A stretch of 64,000 nt of DNA. Origin: Minisyncoccota bacterium. GTDB taxonomy: Bacteria > Patescibacteriota > Minisyncoccia > Phycocordibacterales > UBA9973. The stretch spans positions 479,515 through 543,514 of the forward strand of contig JBAZVG010000001.1 in NCBI GenBank assembly GCA_041661005.1, in the 5' to 3' direction. The position numbers were made by a program, and so were the translations under genes. The notes under the pieces were generated by a model that saw only the letters and a program-made list of their open reading frames with translations, was not told the origin of the DNA and ran no database searches. Of this stretch, positions 1 through 10,053 are shown one piece after another. Positions within the stretch are counted from its first letter, which is position 1, and every line of letters begins with the position of its first letter.

Positions 1-128
1 GGTAAAACTCCATAAACTTCAACCACTTGAGGACCATCAATTTCTTTGTTTTGTCTAATGATTGTATTTATTGTTTCTTTATTCCAGTGACACGGTATAG
101 TAATACTACTTTTATTTGAACTGTCCAT
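1..128 (-). CDS. 5' part of a gene running off the window; possibly U32-family (peptidase U32 / Fe-S hydroxylase-like)
   Basis: Manual translation MDSSNKSSITIPCHWNKETINTIIRQNKEIDGPQVVEVYGVL...; the 'P.xW...V.EVYG' pattern resembles U32-family N-termini; only 42 codons visible. Confidence 0.35.
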   Translation of the reverse strand, partial: MDSSNKSSITIPCHWNKETINTIIRQNKEIDGPQVVEVYGVL

Positions 129-202
129 AATTTTAAGTTAGACGTAAATTAACTTTTAATAGCATAATTTATTTATTACCATATCTGGGCTTATCTTTCA
201 TA

Positions 203-874
203 TCATTTTTTCTTGGCGATAAAATGAATAAATTGTGTTTCCTCTCCTAAAATAGTTTCTGAAGTTTTTTTTATTTCAACTATTTCCAAATTAAGAAAAT
301 CACACAAAGATTTTATTCCATCTTCCGACCATACCCTACGAATATGGCCATCTATATCTTCATATAAATTTTTGCCAACTTCAATTGACCTTTTAATTTT
401 AAAATCTTCTTTTGTTTTGCCTTCAATCATCACCACTCCGTCTTTGTTTAAGTGTGAAACAAGCCATTGAAGAAATGAAATAATTTTATCGTCATCTAAA
501 TGAAGCGCAGAACGACTATAAAAAGCATCATAACATTCTTGGTTATTAAGTAATTTAGGAATTTCTTCAGCATTAGCAACAATTGGCATCATCTTATCTA
601 TAGTTCCATCTTTAACTGCGGCATCAACGAAATTCTTAATTGCTTCTGCTGAGATATCAACTCCAACTATTTTGTTTTGATTTTCTCTTGCAAAATATCT
701 TGCATCATTTCCGCTCGCGACGCCAATTTCTAAAACCGTACCTCCTGGTTTTATGTATTTCATATAATTTATTGCAAATTCATTCGGCACTCCCTCTACT
801 TCACTCGCCCTCTTTCCTTTTTTATGTAGTCCATCCCAATATTCTTGTTGGTTTTTGTTTAATTTTTCATTCAT
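203..874 (-). CDS. Class I SAM-dependent methyltransferase
   Basis: VLEIGVASGND motif I, GVDIS motif II. Confidence 0.85.
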   Translation of the reverse strand: MNEKLNKNQQEYWDGLHKKGKRASEVEGVPNEFAINYMKYIKPGGTVLEIGVASGNDARYFARENQNKIVGVDISAEAIKNFVDAAVKDGTIDKMMPIVANAEEIPKLLNNQECYDAFYSRSALHLDDDKIISFLQWLVSHLNKDGVVMIEGKTKEDFKIKRSIEVGKNLYEDIDGHIRRVWSEDGIKSLCDFLNLEIVEIKKTSETILGEETQFIHFIAKKK

Positions 875-1007
875 AAATTTAAATTTTTCATAATAACTTT
901 TTTTTAATTCAACATTATTGAAATATTCCCCGTTTACTTATCCAACGATTTTTCTTTATTTCATTATATTTTGTTTCAGTTTGGCAAGCAAGTTTACAAA
1001 GGAAGGG

Positions 1008-1036
1008 TTGCACAGAGACGGTTTTTTATTTATAAT
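1008..1036 (+). promoter_or_regulatory. sigma70-type promoter, probably leaderless
   Basis: TTGCAC-17 nt-TATAAT, 5 nt upstream of ATG 1042. Confidence 0.7.
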
Positions 1037-1041
1037 TAGCA

Positions 1042-1593
1042 ATGATGAAAATACATCTTTCGACCCACAACCCAGGTAAAATAAAAGCCGCAAAAAGTGT
1101 TTTTGATAAATACAATATAGATATTTTGTTGGTTGAAAAAGAATATCCAGAAATACAAGCAGATTCTAGCCTTGAGGTTGCAAAGTATTCAGCAATTCAA
1201 GCTGCAAAAGATCTTGGTGTCCCTGTTGTGCGAGAAGATCACAGTTTATTCATCAATGCGCTTAGATTTCCTGGTCCATATACCAATTATTTTGAAAAAA
1301 AGATACCTCCCTCTATATTACTTGAATGGCTAAAAAATTATGATGATCGAGATGGATTTTTTGAAATTGCTGCAGTTTACGCAAAACCAGATGGATTTTT
1401 TAAAGAATTTATCTATCAGGTTCCAATCACCATAGCCTTGAAAGAGAAAGGAAAATTGCAAAAAGGCTGGGCTAGGGTGTTAATGTTAAAAAATGACAAA
1501 AGAACATTTGCTGAATATCCTGAACAAGAAAGATTATCTGTTTGGAATAAAAATTATCAGGCTATTGCCATGTATATTAAGAACGATATATGA
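1042..1593 (+). CDS. HAM1/ITPase-family non-canonical purine NTP pyrophosphatase
   Basis: STHNPGK, EIQ, EDHSLFINAL.FPGPY, RTFAE motifs; the canonical C-terminal SHR motif is not present. Confidence 0.85.
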   Translation: MMKIHLSTHNPGKIKAAKSVFDKYNIDILLVEKEYPEIQADSSLEVAKYSAIQAAKDLGVPVVREDHSLFINALRFPGPYTNYFEKKIPPSILLEWLKNYDDRDGFFEIAAVYAKPDGFFKEFIYQVPITIALKEKGKLQKGWARVLMLKNDKRTFAEYPEQERLSVWNKNYQAIAMYIKNDI

Positions 1594-2195
1594 TTTTCAT
1601 TGTAGGTGCTCATGCTACAGGTAAGACACATCTAGCAGATATAATCTGTCAATTTAATTTTACAAAAATTGACTTAGGTCCTATTCTTAGTGATATTCAT
1701 AAAAAATCAGGGAATAATGGATCTTTTGCTGAATGGATTAATGAAGGAGAAAAAAAATTTGGAAAAAACTTTACTGATGATTTACTTGTGAATGAAATTA
1801 AAAACAAAATAAATAGTTTGGATGATACTTTTAAACCGATTGACTTTATTATTATAGGAAGTCGTTCAATAACCGGTTTGAGATATATTATGGAACATAT
1901 CGGGCAATATAACAATAAGAACAACAAAGTTATTTTTTTAGAAGCGCCATTTGCTCTTATGCATGAACGCTATAAAAAAAGAGAAAGTGCTGATATTACA
2001 GTTGAACAGTTTGAAGAGATTCTTGATAGTGATAGAAGAATGGGCCTTGAAGAATTGCGTCAAGTCGCTGATTTTATAATTATTAATGACTCAACACTTG
2101 AAAAATTGTCTGACCATGCTCTAAGTCTTTTAAGAAATAAATTAAATTATAAATTATCTGAAAATATATGGAAACCAAAGTTAAATATAAAATAA
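1590..2195 (+). CDS. P-loop nucleoside/nucleotide kinase (dephospho-CoA/adenylate kinase-like)
   Basis: GAHATGKT Walker A, FLEAP...R...R lid, ADFIIIND. Confidence 0.75.
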   Translation: MIFIVGAHATGKTHLADIICQFNFTKIDLGPILSDIHKKSGNNGSFAEWINEGEKKFGKNFTDDLLVNEIKNKINSLDDTFKPIDFIIIGSRSITGLRYIMEHIGQYNNKNNKVIFLEAPFALMHERYKKRESADITVEQFEEILDSDRRMGLEELRQVADFIIINDSTLEKLSDHALSLLRNKLNYKLSENIWKPKLNIK

Positions 2196-3262
2196 ATCCT
2201 TTTTTAAAAGTTGGTACAGTGACTAACAAAATTGGTGGCATTTATCCCATTTTTAATCCTTCTATTAATTCAATCGACATTAAATTTCCAAGCAGGTTAA
2301 ATGCAATGGCGATAGATCCTAGTCTGATTCTGCCTAACAAAAAGGGTATTTATAGAGCAGGAGAGGTAGTTTTCTCAATAGGGTTATATAGAATAATTCA
2401 TGTTGAAAGGCGTCCCGGAGGGCATATTGAAATCAGTAATCGCTCAAAAAGAAGACCTTTAATTTTACATGCTGCTTTGTTAATGAAAAAAGCATTATCT
2501 TTTAGTGAAGGATTATTTATTGATGTTGATAACCAAAATGAAATAAAGCATGCAGGACTTGGTTCTAGTAGCGGGCTTATCGCTGGGGTAGCATGCGCAA
2601 TAAATGAACTCTACGGTTCCTTGATTTTACCCCAAAAGTTAGTAAGGTATTTGGCGCAAAATCATGGAGAAGAAATAGAATTTAATAATGAATATTTATG
2701 TCCCGTACAATGTCTAGGCGGCGCAGCGGCAGCGGGTTTGTTTAAGGCCGGCATGATTGTTATTGCCGGTGAAAGCATTGTTATAGCAACATCTGTAATA
2801 CCCAAAAAATATAAAGTTATCATCGGGATACCAAAGGATTATGTTCCGTTGGATTCAAAAAAGTTGTTCGAACTAGAAACTGAAAATATTGAAAAATTTA
2901 TTAATACAGGGAAAAAAATGGGTGATAAGATAGCATATAATGTCTTGCATAAGATGTTACCAGCAATGATTAATGGTGATTTATCTTCAATAGGAGATGT
3001 TATTTATGATTATCGGTTCAATATGGGGAGTATCGATAATTGTTCTTTTTCATATCCTAAAGTAATTGAATTATCAAAGAAATTATCTTTTCTAAAGAAA
3101 GACAAATTTACTCCAATTCTTTCACTTTCGTCTGTTGGACCCAGCTTTTTTACTATTTCAGAACATGTTACCTATTGCAAAAATTATTTTGAGAAATTGG
3201 GTTTATCTACTATTGTTACAAATATTGAAAATAATGGATATGAAATAATAAAAACGAGATGA
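2168..3262 (+). CDS. GHMP-kinase fold protein, beta-RFA-P synthase-like
   Basis: FPSRLNAMAID, HAGLGSSS, SLSSVGP motifs. Confidence 0.7.
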   Translation: METKVKYKINPFLKVGTVTNKIGGIYPIFNPSINSIDIKFPSRLNAMAIDPSLILPNKKGIYRAGEVVFSIGLYRIIHVERRPGGHIEISNRSKRRPLILHAALLMKKALSFSEGLFIDVDNQNEIKHAGLGSSSGLIAGVACAINELYGSLILPQKLVRYLAQNHGEEIEFNNEYLCPVQCLGGAAAAGLFKAGMIVIAGESIVIATSVIPKKYKVIIGIPKDYVPLDSKKLFELETENIEKFINTGKKMGDKIAYNVLHKMLPAMINGDLSSIGDVIYDYRFNMGSIDNCSFSYPKVIELSKKLSFLKKDKFTPILSLSSVGPSFFTISEHVTYCKNYFEKLGLSTIVTNIENNGYEIIKTR

Positions 3263-3915
3263 AAAAATCTTATTGGCACCAAAAAGCAGTTGTAAATGCA
3301 TTTACGAATTATAAGCCATCGTTAGCTTTATCGCGATTTCTAAATAAATTATCAAATCCCAATTTAATAACTATTTTAGATCTTGGTTGCGGAGGTGGTA
3401 GAAATACAGAAATGATTTTTAAAAAAGGATTCAATGTCTATGCATGTGATAATTCAACTGCGATGGTTCAACAAACAAAAAGACGCATGAGTAAAATTAT
3501 TCAAAGAAAAACTATTAAGTTAAATATTGCCAAGGCGACAATGATAAAGTTGCCTTATAAAAGTAATTTTTTTGATGTTGTAGTTTCAATCGGTGTATTT
3601 CATAATGCTACTTCGGTGGATATGCTAAGTAGGACCATAGGAGAAGCCAGCAGGGTTTTGAAACATAAAGGGAAACTCTATCTAAATATTTTTTATGAAT
3701 TTAGAAATATGACAGGTGCCAAAAAATTAAATACCACCAACGTCTATTTAGCAAGTAGCGGTTTAAAAATGACATTACTGAATCGCAAGGACCTCTTGCG
3801 TATTTTTAAAAATTTTGGATTCAAGTTATGTTCAAGCGTGAGGTTGTATAAAAGAAAATTAAATGTTGGTGATCGTGGGGTATTTCGTGCGGTTTTTATA
3901 AAAAATTCCAAATAA
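3259..3915 (+). CDS. Class I SAM-dependent methyltransferase
   Basis: ILDLGCGGGRN, LPY..NFFDVVVS, RVLK..G. Confidence 0.9.
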   Translation: MKKSYWHQKAVVNAFTNYKPSLALSRFLNKLSNPNLITILDLGCGGGRNTEMIFKKGFNVYACDNSTAMVQQTKRRMSKIIQRKTIKLNIAKATMIKLPYKSNFFDVVVSIGVFHNATSVDMLSRTIGEASRVLKHKGKLYLNIFYEFRNMTGAKKLNTTNVYLASSGLKMTLLNRKDLLRIFKNFGFKLCSSVRLYKRKLNVGDRGVFRAVFIKNSK

Positions 3916-3959
3916 AAAATTACTAGTTAAATAAATATTAATAGCCAATAGCTAATTCT

Positions 3960-4475
3960 TTAAAATATGTTGGTGATTTTTAATTTCCTTCCTTGAAACA
4001 CAAAGATATCACCTTTGTTTTTTTGTAGACAGGCTCTGGCAATAGGTGCTTGTGGAGTGATAGAAACAATATTTAGATTATTTATGTCTAATTCTTCTCC
4101 ACCCCCAACGGGAACCAAAAAATAATTATCTTCTTCTGAGTTACCGCCAATTTCAGAAATTGCAAAAATTGCCCCTGGTGTAATTTTACTGTAAATATTA
4201 ATTGGCATTTGCTTTAACAAAGAAATTGCTTTTTCTACTTCAATTTTTTTTGAGTCTAGACCAAGTTGAATAATTGAAAGCTGAGACTTACTTGTGTCTG
4301 AATGTGATTGATTTGCGCTTGGTGCATCTCTTGCCATTTCCCGCTTATCATCACGAGAAGTAATAAGCATTTTAAGGTTTGTTTCCAATCGTTCCACAAG
4401 TTGCTGTAAAACTTGTTTTTTCAACGACATTGAAGATTCTTGATCTCCTTGTAAATTGAATGATTCTGAAGGCAT
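3960..4475 (-). CDS. GreA/GreB-like protein (start revised to MPSESF)
   Basis: N-terminal coiled coil plus YFLVPVGGG...ITPQAPIARACL.K..GD C-terminal domain. Confidence 0.65.
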   Translation of the reverse strand: MPSESFNLQGDQESSMSLKKQVLQQLVERLETNLKMLITSRDDKREMARDAPSANQSHSDTSKSQLSIIQLGLDSKKIEVEKAISLLKQMPINIYSKITPGAIFAISEIGGNSEEDNYFLVPVGGGEELDINNLNIVSITPQAPIARACLQKNKGDIFVFQGRKLKITNIF

Positions 4476-4669
4476 ATAAATATAATTAAAATTATAATGT
4501 TTATATTGTACCAATAAACCCCCTAGACTCCAATAAGCAAGGATTATTATCCTTGCTATTTCTAACATTTAAAAACCAGTAAAAATTTCTTTTATTTTTT
4601 CCTGAGTATTTTTTAGTTGCTCATCAAAAAGCAAATAATCTTTTAATTGCGCAAATCACCACAGACCTA

Positions 4670-4702
4670 GGACTCGCAAGGACTCGCAAGGACAGTCCTT
4701 GC
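4670..4702. repeat. GCAAGGAC-W-GTCCTTGC palindrome with tandem GGACTCGCAA
   Basis: Seen directly; further copies at 5810-5826 and 62559-62610. Confidence 0.85.
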
Positions 4703-4740
4703 AAAAGTTGGAATATTTGGTTTATTGAGTGGAATGTATT

Positions 4741-5709
4741 TCATAATTTTAAGCTCTTAAATATGGGATCAAGTTCAATAGCCTTTTTAAATGATTTAAT
4801 ATCGGGATGTTTGGGAATATTAACAAACAAAAGAGCGGCTAAAGTTGCATTTCTCATGCGAATAAACAATGATAACAGTCTTTTTTCCACACTACTCCTT
4901 TTGAGATATTTTATATAGCCTTTATTATATTGCTGTAAAATCTTTCCATGGATAGACAATGGGTTAAAAAACAACCACCACCACAGCGAAAAAGCGCTGT
5001 CTAACACCAATGGTTGATATGACAGGTCATCAAAATCCAAAATACCGCGTATGTGTTTACCTGAAACAATAATATTATTACTATCATAATCTAAATGAAC
5101 AAAACCAGCTGGCAAAGATAAAATTTCTTTCTCATTATCTTTAATTTCAACTAATATATCTTTAACAATTTCTTTAAATTTTAGCTTTAGAACTTTATCA
5201 GATATTTTTTCCACAGCTTTTACTTCTTCATTCTTAAGCCAATCAGTCATTTTTTTAAAAGATAATTTTAGTTTTAGTTGTGATTTTATCTGTTTTTCAA
5301 GTTTATGCATCTTTGATTGGAATTCAGCAAATTCACAAATCAATTGGTATTCATTAGATTTTAAATGATGACCTTTTATAAACTCCATTAAAATAACCTG
5401 CCAAGAATTTTTTTTTGAATCAATAAACTTAGTTAAAATTTGATTTTTTTGGTTTTCTAAAACTAAGGGAATTGGAACTCCTGCTTGTCGAAACTTTGTC
5501 ATTGTTTGTAATTCATTCAAAATTTCTTTATCTCCATGAATTTCACGCTGATACACTCTCAATACATATTGCTTATCATTTTGATCCAAAACAAAAAATG
5601 ATGAGTTTATAATCCCATCTTTGATAGATTTTATAACCTTTGGCTTCAATCCGTACAAGGCTAAAACCTTTTTAACCTCTAATTTTAAACCTAGAAATTT
5701 TTTATCCAT
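4741..5709 (-). CDS. Aminoglycoside phosphotransferase / type II homoserine kinase family
   Basis: YVLRVY, HLDYDSNNII, ILDFDD motifs. Confidence 0.85.
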   Translation of the reverse strand: MDKKFLGLKLEVKKVLALYGLKPKVIKSIKDGIINSSFFVLDQNDKQYVLRVYQREIHGDKEILNELQTMTKFRQAGVPIPLVLENQKNQILTKFIDSKKNSWQVILMEFIKGHHLKSNEYQLICEFAEFQSKMHKLEKQIKSQLKLKLSFKKMTDWLKNEEVKAVEKISDKVLKLKFKEIVKDILVEIKDNEKEILSLPAGFVHLDYDSNNIIVSGKHIRGILDFDDLSYQPLVLDSAFSLWWWLFFNPLSIHGKILQQYNKGYIKYLKRSSVEKRLLSLFIRMRNATLAALLFVNIPKHPDIKSFKKAIELDPIFKSLKL

Positions 5710-5809
5710 ATAATATCTTTCAATCCTTTTATAATAGCAAAAAATAGTTTTTATCTCTATTCCAGCTTAATACTTGAATATGAACCACTTTTAAACTATA
5801 GTAAGCTCA

Positions 5810-5836
5810 CAAGGACAGTCCTTGCGAAAATTTTGC
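5810..5836. repeat. CAAGGAC-A-GTCCTTG palindrome plus TTGCGAAAA repeat
   Basis: Seen directly. Confidence 0.8.
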
Positions 5837-5873
5837 GAAAATTCAGTTTTTTCACATGATATAATTCCACAAA

Positions 5874-6353
5874 ATGATTATTTTCATTAATGGCTCAATA
5901 AATTCAGGTAAAACTACGGTCAGCAAACTACTTGTCAGCCACTTTCCAAAAACTGCATTAATTGAGTTAGATGATATTCGCGATATGTTCAGCTGGATGC
6001 CACTAGAAGAAGCAATACCGATTACTATAAATCTTGGTATTAATTTAATTAAAGATTTTGTGAAAAAAAACATGTCGGTTATTGTTTCTTATCCATTATC
6101 TCAAAAGAATTACGATTACATCACGAATAAATTAAAGGACACTGAAGTTAAAAAATATTTTTTTACACTTGCGCCAAAATTAGAAAAGATTCTTACTAAC
6201 AGAGGGACAAGAAAGCTGACCAAGTGGGAAGAAGAAAGAATTAAGCATCATTATGATATCGGCATTCATAATCCGTCGTTTGGAATAGTTATAGATAACA
6301 CTGATCAAACACCGGAGGAAACAACGAAAGAAATATTGGGAAATATAAAATAA
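5874..6353 (+). CDS. Small P-loop kinase (AAA_33/TmrB-like)
   Basis: GSINSGKTT Walker A, IDNTDQTPEE end. Confidence 0.75.
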   Translation: MIIFINGSINSGKTTVSKLLVSHFPKTALIELDDIRDMFSWMPLEEAIPITINLGINLIKDFVKKNMSVIVSYPLSQKNYDYITNKLKDTEVKKYFFTLAPKLEKILTNRGTRKLTKWEEERIKHHYDIGIHNPSFGIVIDNTDQTPEETTKEILGNIK

Positions 6354-6357
6354 TTTT

Positions 6358-7011
6358 ATGAAACAGGAAAATGAAAAAATTTATTGCACCCTCTATTTAG
6401 TCCGTCATGGAGAGACAGAATGGAATGTAAAAAATATAAATCAAGGTCAATCTGAATCTTATCTAACTGAAAGAGGTATAGAGCAAGCTAAAGAAACAGC
6501 TGAAAGACTCAAAGATATTAAATTCGATGCAGTTTTCTCATCAGATTTAGGTCGTTGTACAAGAACTGCAGAAATTATAAAACTTGATCGTGAGCTTATT
6601 GTCCAAACATCAAAACTTTTAAGAGAAAGGGCACATGGACGCTTTGAAGGACAACACGATGATGTAATGAAGAGCACTCTAAAAGACAAACTAAAAGAAA
6701 GGGAGAGTGTGTCAGAAAGTGAATATGATTCATTTAGACTCGCTCCTGATGTTGAAACCACCGAAGAAGTCATGACTAGATTTTTGATTGAATTAAGAGA
6801 AATAGCTATTGCTTATTCAAACCAAAAAGTTTTAGTTGTAACTCATGCAGGTTGTATTAAAAATTTTTTGATAAAATTAGGATATGTAAAAAGGGTAGAT
6901 TTGCCGGGAGGATCTTTTAAACAAGGAGGATATGTGGTAGTTGACTCCGACGGAGTAGATTTTTTTATAAAAGAAGTTTGGGGTATTAGAAAACCAGAAG
7001 GGGGTGAATAA
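6358..7011 (+). CDS. Histidine phosphatase (PGM family)
   Basis: LVRHGETEWN, SSDL.R, LVVTH. Confidence 0.9.
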   Translation: MKQENEKIYCTLYLVRHGETEWNVKNINQGQSESYLTERGIEQAKETAERLKDIKFDAVFSSDLGRCTRTAEIIKLDRELIVQTSKLLRERAHGRFEGQHDDVMKSTLKDKLKERESVSESEYDSFRLAPDVETTEEVMTRFLIELREIAIAYSNQKVLVVTHAGCIKNFLIKLGYVKRVDLPGGSFKQGGYVVVDSDGVDFFIKEVWGIRKPEGGE

Positions 7012-7630
7012 AAAAACGACACGTGGTTTTTTCTATTTTATTTATAAAATGTGGAAAAAATATTTTAAAAAACATGAAAAAAGAAAACCAAGAAAGCAGT
7101 TAGTACGCGCCGTATCTTTTTGCGCAAATAAACAAAATGCCCTTGACTTGGGTTCTGGCACTATGATTGAATCAAAATACCTTGCAAAGAAAAAATTTGA
7201 CGTTGTCGCCATTGACCACTCCCCCGAAACTTTGAAATATACAAAAAACCTTTCCGAAAAGATTGATTTTAAAAACATTTCTTTTCAAGAATATAATTTT
7301 CCAAAAAATACTTTTGATCTAATCAATTCTCAATTCTCGCTTCATCTTTATGGCAAAAAAGGTTTTAATAGTTTCATTAAGAAAATAAAAAACTCTTTAA
7401 AACCCAAAGGTATTTTTGTAGGTCAGTTTTTGGGAATAAAAGATAGTTGGAATATAGGACCCGTTCCATTCCCAGCATATGATTATGTTTTTCACACAAA
7501 AAAACAGGCTCTTGATCTATTATCTGACTTGAAAATTTTAGAATTTACAGAAGAAGACGAAGATGGAAAAACTGTTTTAGGTAAAGCAAAGCATTGGCAT
7601 ATATTTTATTTTATTGCTCAAAAAAGATAA
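7004..7630 (+). CDS. SAM-dependent methyltransferase (TehB-like)
   Basis: ALDLGSG, KHWH.F C-terminus. Confidence 0.8.
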   Translation: MNKKTTRGFFYFIYKMWKKYFKKHEKRKPRKQLVRAVSFCANKQNALDLGSGTMIESKYLAKKKFDVVAIDHSPETLKYTKNLSEKIDFKNISFQEYNFPKNTFDLINSQFSLHLYGKKGFNSFIKKIKNSLKPKGIFVGQFLGIKDSWNIGPVPFPAYDYVFHTKKQALDLLSDLKILEFTEEDEDGKTVLGKAKHWHIFYFIAQKR

Positions 7631-7723
7631 ACTCAAATTCTTTAAAAATTTTTTCAATCTACGAGGAAATGATTCCGTCTTTTTTATTCTTTTTGTTATA
7701 TAATGACATGTAATTAATTTGAT

Positions 7724-8206
7724 ATGACATTTAACGAAGAAGATCAAATTGAATATTCCGCAGATACAATAAATCATGAATCAGCTGGTGGTTTTGTATT
7801 TTTTGAGTCGCCAAAAGATCATCAACTTTTTGTAGCATTACTGCGAAAAGCCGAAGGGGGGTATGTTATTCCCAAGGGGCACATACATAAAGGAGAAGCA
7901 CCCAATAAGGCGGCTATTCGAGAGGTAAAAGAGGAGCTTAATCTTAACTCTGATCCGGAGATTATTTCCAAAATAGGAACCGCTAGCTACACATTTAAGT
8001 TAGAGGATAGCGACGCTATTCATAATAAAAATGTACAGCTGTTTGTTTTTCAAATGCTTAATAAAGCGGATATATACCCGCAAAAAAATGAAGGTTACGA
8101 ATTTGCGGAATGGGTACCATTTGAACAAGCATTAGATCAGATGGTTTTTGACAAAGAAAATCTTCTGAAAGCTAGAGAACATTTTAAAGTTCGCAAGGAC
8201 AATTAA
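7724..8206 (+). CDS. NUDIX hydrolase
   Basis: PKGHIHKGEAPNKAAIREVKEE Nudix box. Confidence 0.9.
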   Translation: MTFNEEDQIEYSADTINHESAGGFVFFESPKDHQLFVALLRKAEGGYVIPKGHIHKGEAPNKAAIREVKEELNLNSDPEIISKIGTASYTFKLEDSDAIHNKNVQLFVFQMLNKADIYPQKNEGYEFAEWVPFEQALDQMVFDKENLLKAREHFKVRKDN

Positions 8207-8208
8207 AA

Positions 8209-8589
8209 TTACAAAGAATTCACAAAATCTCGAATAATTTCCGATTTAAAAAACTTTTCTTGAAAGTGTGTCGCTGACGCAATCTGTTCATCTGTCAAAA
8301 TAACCCCATCCGGTATCACAATCAATTTATCATCGTCATCATCGGTGCGATGAATAACTGCTACGCATTTTCCCGTAAAAGTTTCGACAGGTTCATTAAC
8401 TCCAAGAACGTATGCGTCTAGTTCTTCGCCGTCATCGGAAATTGTATTCGGGATAAAACCGTAGTTGAGTTCATATTTCCAATCATACTTTGGATGTTTC
8501 GAATTTAATGGTCTGTCAATCGTTACCTGAACGATTTTTCCAATAAAATCAGACGCTCTGGATTTCTTGTTAGTCCTGGTGATATCCAT
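8209..8589 (-). CDS. ppa: Small soluble inorganic pyrophosphatase
   Basis: YELNYGFIPNTISDDGEELDAYVLG, DDKL motifs; start revised to MDITR. Confidence 0.85.
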   Translation of the reverse strand: MDITRTNKKSRASDFIGKIVQVTIDRPLNSKHPKYDWKYELNYGFIPNTISDDGEELDAYVLGVNEPVETFTGKCVAVIHRTDDDDDKLIVIPDGVILTDEQIASATHFQEKFFKSEIIRDFVNSL

Positions 8590-8750
8590 ATGTTTTATAA
8601 AATAAATATGCTGATATTCTACCACAAAAAATCTATAAATCGTCGTTCAATATTGAATTGTTTTAATGAAATAGTTTTTGGCATAAAAATTCAATAGCAA
8701 TATGTAAATTATATACTCATGCTAGTAGAAAAAAGAACTAACAACGGCAC

Positions 8751-9386
8751 CTAAGGTGCTGGAGACATATTTTCCACAACAATCACTTCACCATCTTGAA
8801 GTGTTTTATAGGGCATACTTTTTTCTTTAAAATACTCAACTTCTTTTTCAACTAATTCTGATTCGGGGTGATTTGATTGATAATGAACTGCAACATTGTA
8901 TGGAATAAGTCCTAAACCATTCCAACTAAAATTTGGAATATACCCTTCTGGAACCACATTAGGATTATCAACCAATTCCGCGCCACGTAGGGTTGGTGTA
9001 GCCACACAAACTGCCGCACTAAACCCCGCATATATTATCTGATCATTTATAACAAATTCTTTTATAAGGATTTCAAAACCACTTTGTTCAAAAGCTCGCT
9101 TGAGAATAAAAGTGTTACCACCGTGTATCCAAACCATTCCAATGCCTTTTAAATACTCTCTGAGTTCATCTTTCTTGCCAAAATAATTTCGCAGGTCAAG
9201 CCCTCTAGCTTCAAAACCAAGTTCATTCAACTTCTCAATCTGCGCAAGTAAACTATTGTGTTGACGTTCTTTATCGCCAAAATCTACAGCATTCATTATA
9301 ACTGCAACCTTTTTATTACTCCCAGCTAATTCGGCCAATTTTTCAGGATGATTACCGAATTTGTATGATGAAAGATATAGTTTCAT
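8751..9386 (-). CDS. Peptidase S51 (dipeptidase E family)
   Basis: GGNTF.L, YAGFSA, VHY motifs. Confidence 0.85.
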   Translation of the reverse strand: MKLYLSSYKFGNHPEKLAELAGSNKKVAVIMNAVDFGDKERQHNSLLAQIEKLNELGFEARGLDLRNYFGKKDELREYLKGIGMVWIHGGNTFILKRAFEQSGFEILIKEFVINDQIIYAGFSAAVCVATPTLRGAELVDNPNVVPEGYIPNFSWNGLGLIPYNVAVHYQSNHPESELVEKEVEYFKEKSMPYKTLQDGEVIVVENMSPAP

Positions 9387-9497
9387 TGAGGGTTATTATA
9401 TCACTATTTCTACTCTCCTCCCTAAAAGCAAGCAAGAATAGTCCTTGATATTTCTACATAAGATTTATTGTCACAGGTTTTCTGTGCAATAAATTAC

Positions 9498-9728
9498 CTA
9501 ACTAAAAAAATACTTCAAGCTTTCCATGTCCAATTCTGCTTGAACTGCAATCGACTTTATGGTTTTTGGTGCCAATATTTTTCCATGAAATGGAACAACG
9601 ACTCGCAAATACAATTTCATCGGATGTCGTAAATGAATATGGCTTCCTTTTATATGATGAATAATAAATCCTGCATTTTGCAAAATTTTAACAACTTGCT
9701 TTGCTGTCAGCCTTTTTAAGCGAGGCAT
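9498..9728 (-). CDS. hicA: HicA-family toxin
   Basis: GF....KGSH...H, VVVPFH, L..KT..SI. Confidence 0.9.
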   Translation of the reverse strand: MPRLKRLTAKQVVKILQNAGFIIHHIKGSHIHLRHPMKLYLRVVVPFHGKILAPKTIKSIAVQAELDMESLKYFFS

Positions 9729-9733
9729 AAACT

Positions 9734-9967
9734 CTATACTGAAACGGAAAGCCTCATGCTTGCTATGTCATTTTCGACTGGCATTTTTATTTTTTCGCTT
9801 TTAAAACCTTCAAGGTAACATTGAATAGCTTCTGTTGCCATCGCGCGCGCGTCATCAAGATTTTTACCCTCAGTCACTAATCCTGGAAGCGCAGGAACAA
9901 GGACGGTGTAGCCACCATTTTCGTTTCTCTCAAAAACTGCTGTATAGTTATATATTTGTTTCCTCAT
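9734..9967 (-). CDS. hicB: HicB-family antitoxin
   Basis: GGYTVLVPALPGLVTEG..L.DA..MA.EAI. Confidence 0.9.
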   Translation of the reverse strand: MRKQIYNYTAVFERNENGGYTVLVPALPGLVTEGKNLDDARAMATEAIQCYLEGFKSEKIKMPVENDIASMRLSVSV

Positions 9968-10053
9968 GTTTTCATTCTAACATATAGAAAAATAGGATGC
10001 AAAAAATTTACCCCCCCCTTGCAATTTTCTAATTTATTTGGTATAATAGCTTT

